Shown one piece after another: positions 9,859 through 18,711 of a stretch of 64,000 nucleotides of DNA (its first letter is position 1; every line of letters starts with the position of its first letter). The notes beneath the pieces were generated by a model. It worked only from the letters and a program-made list of their open reading frames with translations. It was not told the DNA's origin and searched no databases. A program made the translations under genes and the position numbers. Source of the DNA: an uncultured Acidobacteriota bacterium (GTDB lineage: Bacteria > Acidobacteriota > Terriglobia > Acidiferrales > UBA7541); NCBI GenBank assembly GCA_963844645.1, contig CAWJPC010000001.1:494843-558842 (forward strand), given 5' to 3'.

Positions 9859-10604
9859 ATGTGTTCACTGAAAGAAAAAGTCGCACTCATTACCGGCGCG
9901 TCGCAGGGAATCGGCCGCGCCACCGCGCTCGCCTTCGCCTCGTCCGGCGCGAAAGTTGCCGTCGCTGCGCGCAGGTCGCCAAGCTTGAAGAACTCGTGAA
10001 CGAAATCGAAGCCGCCGGCGGCGAAGCGCTCGCCGTCCCTATCGATGTCGCTGACGCCGCGCAAGTCAAGGCCGGCTTCGCCACCGTCCTCGCGAAATTC
10101 GGCAAGCTCGACATGCTGGTCAACAACGCCGCGATCACCCGCGACACTCTCGCCCTGCGCATGAAGCTCGAAGATTGGGACGCCGTGCTGCGCACCAACC
10201 TCACCGGCGCGTATCTCTGCATCCAGCAGGCGCTCGGCGCGATGCTCAAGCAGCGCTCCGGCCGCATCATCAACATCACTTCCGTCGTCGCGCAGACCGG
10301 CAACGCCGGCCAGGCGAACTACGTCTCCTCCAAAGCCGGCCTGATCGGCCTCACCCGCGCCATCGCCGTCGAAGTCGCTTCGCGCAGCATCACCGTCAAC
10401 GCCGTCGCGCCCGGCTTCATCGAATCGCCCATGACCGATCCGCTGTCCCAGGAAATCAAAGACAAAATGAAATCCATGATTCCGCTCGGCCGCTTCGGCA
10501 CCGACAGCGAAGTCGCCTCCGCCGTCGTGTTCCTCGCCAGCGACGAAGCCGCCTACATCACCGGCCAAGTCCTCGACGTCAACGGCGGCATGTACATGGG
10601 CTGA
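9859..10604 (+). pseudogene. fabG: 3-oxoacyl-ACP reductase FabG, reading frame broken near 9970-9978 as sequenced
   Basis: The frame from ATG 9859 gives MCSLKEKVALITGASQGIGRATALAFASSGAKVAVAAR and then stops at 9997. The rest (VAKLEELVNEIEAAGG...NITSVV...YVSSKAG...) lies in the frame of the 9861 ORF. A -1/+2 correction is needed. Confidence 0.85.
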
Positions 10605-10654
10605 GCAGGTCCGACAGCCTCGCGCTTCAAGCAACCATCCTCGACCCAAGCGCA

Positions 10655-10679
10655 AGATAGCCTGCCGCGCAGGCTGTCT
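10655..10679. repeat. REP-like palindrome, copy 1
   Basis: agatagcctgc-cgc-gcaggctgtct, an 11-bp stem (one T.G pair) with a 3-nt loop, 50 nt after the fabG stop. Confidence 0.8.
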
Positions 10680-10690
10680 TCTCACGACTG

Positions 10691-10769
10691 CCCCTCTCAG
10701 TTCCGGCAACCTCCCAGTCGGACCGCGATCAAACCAGGCGCCCCCCTCAGTTCCGGCGACCTCACAGTC
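10691..10769 (+). repeat. pair of 29-nt imperfect direct repeats in the fabG-acpP spacer
   Basis: cccctctcagttccggcaacctcccagtc (10691-10719) and cccccctcagttccggcgacctcacagtc (10741-10769). 26 of 29 positions match. Confidence 0.7.
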
Positions 10770-10917
10770 TTACCGCCATCACACAAGCCGCACCCCCAGA
10801 CACCGACACACACCGGCCTTCACCCGTGGGTGTCAGCCACATGCAGCAACTGGGCAAGTCATCGCGCCGCCCGCCGTAAATTCTTTCAATTTCGTCTCTC
10901 GCGTGCGTCGTGATAAG

Positions 10918-10946
10918 TTGACCCCGCATTGCGCCACGCATAGAAT
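10918..10946 (+). promoter_or_regulatory. candidate sigma70-type promoter for acpP-fabF
   Basis: TTGACC, a 17-nt spacer, then TAGAAT, about 80 nt upstream of the acpP ATG. Confidence 0.45.
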
Positions 10947-11024
10947 GATGCGGTTGTTTGGGGCGTTGATTCGCCTTGGCTGGGGCCCGTAGCCTGAGAT
11001 CGCTGAACCGGAGGAACTACCAGA

Positions 11025-11267
11025 ATGGCCAGCGTCGAAGAACGCGTGAAGCAGATTATCGTGGAGCAACTCGGAGTGGATGAAGCCGAAGTCACCCCGA
11101 CCGCGTCGTTTGTGGACGACTTGGGCGCCGATTCGCTCGATACGGTCGAGCTGGTGATGGCTTTCGAGGAAAATTTCGGCATCGAAATTCCCGATGAGGA
11201 CGCCGAAAAAATCGCCACCGTGAAAGACGCCGTCGAATACATCGAGAAGCACGCCAAGAGCAAGTAA
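11025..11267 (+). CDS. acpP: acyl carrier protein
   Basis: 80 aa with the phosphopantetheine-site motif [12 protein letters not shown]. Confidence 0.97.
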   Translation: MASVEERVKQIIVEQLGVDEAEVTPTASFVDDLGADSLDTVELVMAFEENFGIEIPDEDAEKIATVKDAVEYIEKHAKSK

Positions 11268-11305
11268 GCCGTCCGCCGGTTTTACCAATCCGAACAGGAG
11301 TCCGT

Positions 11306-12545
11306 TTGAATCGCCGCGTTGTCGTCACCGGAGTAGGACTGGTCTGCGGATTCGGCATCGGGACCGAAGAAGTCTGGACCAATCTGCTCGCGGCCAAAAG
11401 CGGCATCGGGCCCATCACCCATTTCGATCCCACCGCTTTCGATTGCCGCATCGCCGGCGAAGTGAAAGGCTTCGAGCCGCTCAACTGGCTCGAGAAAAAA
11501 GAACTGAAAAAGACCGGCCGCTTCATCCAGCTCGCTCTCGCCGCCTCCGATTTCGCCATGAAGCAGGCCGCGCTCGCAGTCACGCCGAAAATCGCCGACC
11601 AGACCGGCGTCTACATCGGCTCCGGCATCGGCGGTTTCGACGTCATCGAGCGCGAACACTCCAAATATCTCGCCGGCGGCCCGGGAAAGATTTCGCCGTT
11701 TTTCATTCCCGCCACCATCGTCAATCTTGCTTCCGGCCACGTCTCCATTCGCTACGGCGCGAAGGGCCCGAATTCCGCCACCGCCACGGCGTGCTCCGCT
11801 TCCGCGCACGCCATCGGCGACGCCTTCAAAATCATTCAGCGCGGCGCGGCGGACGTGATGATCACCGGCGGCACCGAAGCCGCCATCACACCCATGAGCG
11901 TCGGCGGTTTCGCCGCCATGCGCGCGCTTTCCACCCGCAATGACGATCCCGAAAACGCCAGCCGCCCCTTTGACGCCGACCGCGACGGCTTCATCGTCGG
12001 CGAAGGCGCCGGCGTGCTTGATTCTCGAAGATCTCGAAGTCGCCCGAAACGCGGGCGCGAAAATCCTCGCCGAAATCGTCGGCTACGGAATGTCCGGCGA
12101 CGCCTACCACATCACCCAGCCCGCCGAAGGCGGCGACGGCGGCTACCGCGTCTCCAAGGCCGCCCTGAAAGACGCCGGCATCACCCCCGATCAGGTCGGC
12201 TACGTCAACGCGCACGGCACCTCGACGCCGCTCGGCGACGCCATCGAAACCGCCGCGCTCAAACGCGTCTTCGGCGACCGCGCCAAAAAAGTTCCCATCA
12301 GCTCCACCAAATCCATGACCGGCCACTTGCTCGGCGGCGCCGGCGGCCTCGAAGCCGGCATCAGCATCCTCGCCCTGCGCGACCAGATCATGCCGCCCAC
12401 CGCCAACTACGAAAAGCCCGACCCGGCCTGCGACCTCGACTACATCCCCAACGTCGCCCGCAAAGCCGAAGTCACCTACGCCCTCTCCAATTCCTTCGGC
12501 TTCGGCGGCACCAACGCCTCCCTGATCTTCAAGCGCTGGGAATAA
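11306..12545 (+). pseudogene. fabF: 3-oxoacyl-ACP synthase II FabF, frame broken by one extra base near 12020 as sequenced
   Basis: The N-terminal part (active-site ATACSASAHAIG) is in the 11306 frame. The C-terminal part ([33 protein letters not shown]) is in the 11940 frame. Deleting g12020 gives [19 protein letters not shown]. Confidence 0.9.
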
Positions 12546-13324
12546 TTTCCGCGCCCCCAATATCCCAGCGACATTCGAATCTTCAACGGTGTGGTGCAGC
12601 TGTCTCCTTGCGGAGTCGTGTTCACGCGCCGAGAGTCACGGTTTTTTCAACTACGCGGAACGTCTCGATCTCTTCGCCTCGACTCGAAGCTTGTCCCGAT
12701 CTTCATTTTCACCATCGCGCGTCGCACATGCTCGAGCTCCTTGCGCTCCGGCACGCCAGGGTCACCGTCAACATGACGAACGTCGCGATTCGTGTTCGGT
12801 TCAAGCGCTCGCTCCCGCCGCAAGAAATTCGTAAGTCTCGAAGACGACCAAACCGCGTCGCGCCGTAGGACGCATTAATCTCGAGCATTCTTTAGGTTTG
12901 ACTCGCGCAACTGCGCTAGATAGCCCATATCCGCTCCTTCAGTGTTACCCAAACCTAACACTGTCAAATCCTCAGCGCGTCGCCTCCGCCGCGCCGCGCA
13001 CAACCACAATCAAAAAGGATGTTGCCCTCGCGAACTTCCCAAATGCCCATGCGCGTCACTCCGCTCAACTTCAGCGTGAACGGCTTGCGGCCGACATCCC
13101 GTAGGAACAGTTCTACCGTGTCGATCGTCGAGGATCCGTAGGCCGTCAAGATGACCGTCGTGAAACTTTGGAAGTTCCGTCATTACGTCTCCCTACTTTC
13201 AAGAGCACAAATTGGCCTGAACCGACGCATGCCGCGGCGTAGTGCTGTGTTTGTCCGGTTGCCCGAGCTGTGGAATACTGATAGAAACTAACGGTTTGCA
13301 GTTGACCCATTTGTGGAGGCTGTC

Positions 13325-14097
13325 GTGAAGATCGGAGTTTGCGTAAAACAAGTCCCTGCGAAGGATGCGCCCCTCGCCATCGTCGGCGACAGCGCCTGGA
13401 TTCGCGAATCGGACATCGGCTTTGAGACCAACGAGCCCGACGGTTTCGCGCTCGAAGAAGCCCTGCGCCTCAAGGAAAAGCACGGCGGCGAAGTGGTCGC
13501 GATCTCCATGGGCCCCGAGCGCGCCAAGCAAACCATCAAGGAAGCTCTCGCCAAGGGCGCCGACCGCGGCATCCACATCGCCGACAACGAATTCTTCAAG
13601 CTCGATCCGCTCGACTCCGCGAAATCTCTCGCCGCCGCGATCAAGGCCGAAAATTTCGACCTGATTCTCACCGGCCTGCAGAGCGACGACCAGGGCTTCG
13701 GCCAGACCGGCGTGCTCCTCGCCGAACTTCTCGGCCGCCCGCACGGCACCATCATCATGGCCATCGAAGTCATCGGCGATCACATGAAGCTCAAGCGCGA
13801 ACTCGAAGCCGGCTGGTTCCAGTGGGTGGAAATTCCGCTGCCCGCCGTGCTCTCCATTCAGTCCGGCATCAACAAGCCGCGCTACGCCACGCTGAAGGGC
13901 ATCATGGCCGCCAAGAAAAAAGAAATCGCCACCGTCGACCGCGCCTCGCTCGGCGTCGCCGTCACGCCCACGCAGCAGGTCGCAGCGCATCTACGTGCCG
14001 CACGAAAACCAAGAAGACCGAATTCATCACCGGCCAGCCGAAAGAAATCGCCGCCAAGCTCGTCGAAAAATTGCGCCACGAAGCGCGCGTCCTCTAA
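13325..14097 (+). pseudogene. etfB: electron transfer flavoprotein beta subunit, two single-base frame breaks near the 3' end as sequenced
   Basis: GTG 13325 is preceded by GGAGG. The sequence begins KIGVCVKQVP and runs as an EtfB-like sequence to TPTQQV. Removing g13982 and g14004 gives TQQVQRIYVPHKTKKTEFITGQPKEIAAKLVEKLRHEARVL*. Confidence 0.85.
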
Positions 14098-14195
14098 GAC
14101 TTCTTCAAGCCCACATATGAAACTGGGTCGACAGGAGCGAAACGCATCAGTTCTACGCGGATGACTAATGCGGTCTCTTCCAGAATCGGTGACGA

Positions 14196-14543
14196 ATGTC
14201 GTGCCACCGACAACCGGAAATGAATTTGCATTTCGTTTCGACGACGTGCTCAGCGCGATCGGGAGTGCAACTTAAGACGAAATTGCGGCTCACTGGAAGT
14301 GTCGAGCTCTTGCTTCCGGGATCACCCGAGTGGAAAAATCCGGATTGCGCGTTTTATTTGTCGCGCGTCGGCTTCGACGAAGCAAAAAAAGAGGCGCTCG
14401 TTTTCGTATTCTTCTCGTCGTATCTCGATCGAGCTCCATCCTCGGGCGACTATTTCCTGCTTCGCCGCCGCGAAGATGCCAAATGGAGAATCGACGGACG
14501 GATGAACTACTTCAATACTGCGAAGGACGCAAATCAGGACTAA
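14196..14543 (+). CDS. hypothetical small protein inside the etfB-etfA spacer (possibly starting at 14168 in another frame)
   Basis: 115-aa ORF in a region visibly more AT-rich than its flanks. No recognisable motif. An upstream 35-codon ORF (ATG 14168) could join it through another frame break. Confidence 0.3.
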   Translation: MSCHRQPEMNLHFVSTTCSARSGVQLKTKLRLTGSVELLLPGSPEWKNPDCAFYLSRVGFDEAKKEALVFVFFSSYLDRAPSSGDYFLLRRREDAKWRIDGRMNYFNTAKDANQD

Positions 14544-14551
14544 TCGACAAC

Positions 14552-15537
14552 ATGAAAATTCTCGCCATCACCGAACAGCGCGACGCCAAGTGGAACAAAG
14601 TCAGCTTCGAAATCATCGCCGCCGCGCAGCAAATCGCCGAGCACACCAAAAGCACGCGTCACCGCCGTCGTCATCGGCAAAGGCGTCGCCGCTCTCGCCG
14701 ACGAACTCGCCGGCTACCAACTCGACGAAGTTCTTCTCGTCGAGCACGATCTGCTCGCAGAACTACACGCCAGACGGCTTTTCGATCGCGCTCAAGCAAA
14801 TCATCGAAGCCGCGAAACCCGACCTCGTCCTTTTCCCGCACACCTATCAAGTCCGCGACTTCGCGCCCGCTCTCGCCGCCTCGCTGGGGAAGGGAATGAT
14901 CGGCGACTGCACCAGCTACCGCGAAGAAGGCGGCAAGCTCATCTTCGTCCGCCAGATGTTTCAGGGCCGCACCGTCGCCGACGTCGTTTTCGCCGGCGAA
15001 GCGCCGTGGATCGCGACGTTCCAGGCCAGCGCCTTCCGCGGCGATCTTGCGAAGAAACACGCCGGCGGCAAAGCGCCGGTGAAGCCCGCCGCCGTGGACC
15101 TGAAGCCCGAACAAATCCGCACCAAGCCCGGCGAACTTTTCCGCGAAGCCAAGCAGGCCGTCGACCTCACGCAAAGCCCGATTCTCGTCAGCGTCGGCCG
15201 CGGCATCAAAGCGCCGGAAAATATTCCTCTCGCCGAAAAACTCGCGAAAGCCATGGGCGGCGAAATTTGCGCCTCGCGTCCCATCTGCGACGAAGGCTGG
15301 CTCCCGATGGACCGCCAGATCGGCAGCTCCGGCCAGACCGTCGCGCCCAAACTCTATTTCGCGCTCGGCATCAGCGGCGCCATCCAGCACGTCGTCGGCA
15401 TGAAAGGCGCGCGCACCATCGCCGCCATCAACAAAGACCAAAACGCCCCGATCTTCGAAATCGCCGACTACGGGGTGGTAGGCGACCTCTTCGAAATTGT
15501 CCCCGCCCTGGTCGAAGAACTCGAAAAGCCGCACTGA
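14552..15537 (+). pseudogene. etfA: electron transfer flavoprotein alpha subunit, two single-base frame breaks as sequenced
   Basis: MKILAITEQRDAKWNKVSFEIIAAAQQIAEHTKST (frame of 14552), then VTAVVIGKGVAALADELAGYQLDEVLLVEHDLLAE (next frame), then YTPDGFSIALKQ... to the end (frame of the 14590 ORF). Extra bases at about 14657 and 14763. C-terminal FAD-binding region [11 protein letters not shown]. Confidence 0.88.
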
Positions 15538-15595
15538 CCAGCACTCTGTCCGGGTAGGGTAGGCACTGCTTGCGCTGCTTATCGAACTTCTCGCT

Positions 15596-16387
15596 TTGTG
15601 GTTGAACACGGCGCGTAGTACGCTCCCCGCAATGTCGTCGATCGCTGGCCAAACCGTTGGCCGCTCCGTAAAATCGAACGCACCCGCCGCCGGCTCGTTC
15701 CGCCGCTCGCGCTTCTTCACGAAAGACTTCTATTTCGTGATGTCGCTCGTGATTGCCGCGGTGATCGTCGCAGGCTTCAGCCGCACCGTCCCTCAGCGGC
15801 TCTTCCATCCAAATCCCGCCCCGCCGCGGATCATTTATCTGCACGGCGCCGTTTTCAGCGGCTGGGTTTTGTTTTTCATTCTGCAATCTGCTCTGGTCCG
15901 AACGCGCAACGTGAAAATCCATCGCACGCTCGGCTGGTTTGGGGTCGCGTTGGGTTCGTTCATCCCGGTCCTCGGCGTCGCCACGACGATCGCCATGTTT
16001 CGCTTCGAGGTTTACACCCGCCACAACCTTGGCAAGCTTCCGTTCATCGATATTCCGTTGAACGACATGCTGTGTTTCACTCCCGCGTTTGCGCTCGCCG
16101 TCTACTGGCGCAAGAAACCGGAGTTTCATCGCCGGCTCATGTTCGTTGCGTCTTGCTTTCTCACGGCCGCCGCATTTGGCCGTCTCGTTGACGGACCCTT
16201 CGTCTACGCCAGCGTCGACTTATTGATGCTGTGCGGCGTAGCCCGCGATTGGATCGCCGACCGCCGCGTGAACATCGTTTATCGCTACGCGCTTCCCATC
16301 GCCATCGCGCTTCAAGCTGCCACCGTCGCGACCTATCTTCACAATCCGCCCTGGTATCAGTCCTTCGCTCAATCTCTCGTAAAATAG
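15596..16387 (+). CDS. hypothetical integral membrane protein
   Basis: 263-aa ORF with about 6 hydrophobic helices. Start uncertain (alternative ATG at 15632). No family recognised. Confidence 0.55.
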   Translation: MWLNTARSTLPAMSSIAGQTVGRSVKSNAPAAGSFRRSRFFTKDFYFVMSLVIAAVIVAGFSRTVPQRLFHPNPAPPRIIYLHGAVFSGWVLFFILQSALVRTRNVKIHRTLGWFGVALGSFIPVLGVATTIAMFRFEVYTRHNLGKLPFIDIPLNDMLCFTPAFALAVYWRKKPEFHRRLMFVASCFLTAAAFGRLVDGPFVYASVDLLMLCGVARDWIADRRVNIVYRYALPIAIALQAATVATYLHNPPWYQSFAQSLVK

Positions 16388-16406
16388 CCTGCCGCGCAGG
16401 CTGTTT
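16382..16406. repeat. REP-like palindrome, copy 2 (overlaps the stop codon of the preceding gene)
   Basis: aaatagcctgc-cgc-gcaggctgttt; same core as copy 1. Confidence 0.8.
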
Positions 16407-16601
16407 GCTTGCGACCACTCACTCACAGACACCAGCAGGTACACCCTCCGATCCCACCACCAGCTGAGACGCTTACCCGAAGCGCCGCACAATTTCCGAA
16501 CCCAACCCCAGCTCGATCAGCGCGACACAAATTCCGGCCAGTGTGTACTAGCACTGTCCTAAATCTCCACCATCGCACAACTATTTTTCACACGCCTAGT
16601 A

Positions 16602-16626
16602 AGATAGCCTGCCGCGCAGGCTGTCT
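16602..16626. repeat. REP-like palindrome, copy 3
   Basis: agatagcctgccgcgcaggctgtct, identical to copy 1. Confidence 0.8.
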
Positions 16627-16725
16627 TCCGGCGAACCACATCGCTCCGTTACTCCAATCGCGACCGCGTACCACGCCGCCAACCACAAAGTCGCCGAGCC
16701 CCCACCTCACCGCAGCCTCGCCCGC

Positions 16726-16750
16726 AGACAGCCTGCGCGGCAGGCTGTCT
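16726..16750. repeat. REP-like palindrome, copy 4 (inverted orientation, perfect stem)
   Basis: agacagcctgc-gcg-gcaggctgtct; the reverse complement matches copies 1 and 3 except at one base. Confidence 0.8.
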
Positions 16751-16765
16751 TACGCGTCTCGAGCG

Positions 16766-16847
16766 CATTTCTAATCGCAACTGGATCGGATTAGAAATCG
16801 TCGTAACTCATTCAGGACAAAGCCCCGCCTCCATTTCTAATCGCAAC
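16766..16847 (+). promoter_or_regulatory. operator-like repeat set upstream of the ETF-QO gene
   Basis: The 16-nt CATTTCTAATCGCAAC occurs at 16766-16781 and 16832-16847. An inverted copy, gattagaaat (16789-16798), can pair with 16767-16776. The second copy ends 16 nt before ATG 16864. Confidence 0.4.
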
Positions 16848-16863
16848 AAAAACAGCCTCCAAA

Positions 16864-18567
16864 ATGCGTGGTACGCTGGACCCCATGGCCATCGAACGCG
16901 AACAACTGGAAGCCGACGTACTCATCATCGGAGCCGGCCCCGCCGGCCTCTCCTGCGCGCTGCACCTCTCAAATCTGATCGAAGCGCACGCCGCCGCTAA
17001 GAAAACACCCGCCCTCTCCACCGAAAATATCTACGTCCTCGAAAAGGGCCGCGAACTCGGCGCGCACCAGCTTTCCGGCGCGATCATGGACCCGCGCGGC
17101 CTGCGCGAACTGGTGCCCGATTTCGAAAAATCCGCGCCGCTCGATGCGCAAGTAACCGACGATGCCGCCTACTTCTTCACCGAAGGCGGAAGCTACAAGC
17201 TGCCGATCACTCCGCCGCCGCTGCAAAATCACGGCAACTACGTCGTCTCGCTGAATCGCATGGTGAAGTGGCTCGGCGGCCTGGTGGAAGCCAAAGGCGT
17301 GAACGTCTTCACGCAGTTTGCCGGCGCAGAAATGCTGTACGAAAAGCGCGGCGCGGTGGAAGGCGTCGTCGGCGTCCTCACCGAAGACAAAGGCATCGAC
17401 AAGCATGGCAAGCAGAAAGACAACTTCACGCCGGGCTACGAGTTGCGCGCGAAGATCACGGTGCTCGCCGAAGGTACGCGCGGATCGCTCACCAAAAAGA
17501 TGGTGGAGCGCCTGCACCTCGATGGGATGAACCCGCAGGTCTACGGAATCGGCGTGAAAGAGCTGTGGGAAGTGCAGCCGGGAAAAATCAAAGCGGGATT
17601 CACGGCGCACACATTGGGCTGGCCGCTCGCGACCAATTATTACGGTGGCGGCTGGGTGTACGGCATGCAGAACAATCGCGTGTCGCTCGGCCTCGTGGTC
17701 TCGCTCGAATATGCCGATCCGCTTTTCGATCCGCACGCCGCGTTTCAGAAGTACAAAACGCATCCGTTCGTGAAAAATATTCTCGATGGCGGGAAGCTGG
17801 TGCGCTACGGAGCGAAGTCGCTGCCCTATGGCGGTTGGTATTCGATGCCATGCGCTTACGCGGACGGCGCGCTGATCGTCGGCGATTCGGCGAGCGTGCT
17901 GAACTCGCAGCGGCTGAAGGGAATTCACACCTCGATCAAAAGCGGCATGCTTGCCGCGGAGACGATTTACGAATCGCTTGTTGCGGGCGACACGTCAGCT
18001 CAGAAACTATCCGCGTACAAACGCAAACTTGATAAGAGCTGGTTGCGCGACGAATTGTGGGAAGTTCGCAATTTCCATCAGGCGTTTCACGGTGGATTGT
18101 GGCAGGGACTTTTTCTTTCGGGGCTTCAGTTCGTCAGCGGCGGGCGCGGGCTCGTCGACCCGATGCACACCAAGGCCGGCTATCTCGATTACAAGAAACT
18201 GAACCGGCCCGACACGCTCGTCGATCAATCGACGCGATTCAAAGGCGACGGCAAGCTCACTTTCGACCGGCTCACGGACGTCTATCATTCCGGCACGCGC
18301 CACGACGAAGATCAGCCGCCGCACCTGCACGTGCTCGATCCGAGCATTTGCAGCGACCGCTGCGTGCGCGAGTACGGAAACCCGTGCCAGTATTTTTGTC
18401 CCGCCGCCGTGTACGAAATGACGCTCGATAAAGACGGATCGAAAAAGCTGAAGATCAACGCGACCAACTGCGTTCATTGCAAAACCTGCGACATTGCCGA
18501 TCCGTATCAGATTATCGACTGGGTTCCGCCCGAAGGCGGTGGTGGCCCGAATTACGAAGGGATGTGA
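16864..18567 (+). CDS. electron transfer flavoprotein-ubiquinone oxidoreductase (ETF-QO)
   Basis: FAD motif DVLIIGAGPAGLS. C-terminal 4Fe-4S region CPAAVYE...CVHCKTCDIADP. The start may be ATG 16885. Confidence 0.9.
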   Translation: MRGTLDPMAIEREQLEADVLIIGAGPAGLSCALHLSNLIEAHAAAKKTPALSTENIYVLEKGRELGAHQLSGAIMDPRGLRELVPDFEKSAPLDAQVTDDAAYFFTEGGSYKLPITPPPLQNHGNYVVSLNRMVKWLGGLVEAKGVNVFTQFAGAEMLYEKRGAVEGVVGVLTEDKGIDKHGKQKDNFTPGYELRAKITVLAEGTRGSLTKKMVERLHLDGMNPQVYGIGVKELWEVQPGKIKAGFTAHTLGWPLATNYYGGGWVYGMQNNRVSLGLVVSLEYADPLFDPHAAFQKYKTHPFVKNILDGGKLVRYGAKSLPYGGWYSMPCAYADGALIVGDSASVLNSQRLKGIHTSIKSGMLAAETIYESLVAGDTSAQKLSAYKRKLDKSWLRDELWEVRNFHQAFHGGLWQGLFLSGLQFVSGGRGLVDPMHTKAGYLDYKKLNRPDTLVDQSTRFKGDGKLTFDRLTDVYHSGTRHDEDQPPHLHVLDPSICSDRCVREYGNPCQYFCPAAVYEMTLDKDGSKKLKINATNCVHCKTCDIADPYQIIDWVPPEGGGGPNYEGM

Positions 18568-18711
18568 AGGCCGCGCCCGTTCGAACCACAACGGAATGCG
18601 GCTTTGTCGCAGGCGGCGCTACGACGGAATGTGACTTTGATTTTTCGGGTGCCGCATCCTTTTCTTCTCAAAAGGGTGCGACGCCGTTGAAGTTTTGTTC
18701 GCGTACGCGAG

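Noticed and set aside
10691-10769. Possible CRISPR-like repeats
   Set aside because: There are only two imperfect 29-nt copies with a 21-nt spacer. No further units or cas genes are present in the window.
12020-12868. Arg-rich C-terminal 280 aa of the 520-aa ORF starting at 11306
   Set aside because: It is out-of-frame read-through after the extra base in fabF. The true FabF C-terminus ([14 protein letters not shown]) lies in the frame of the 11940 ORF and ends at 12545.
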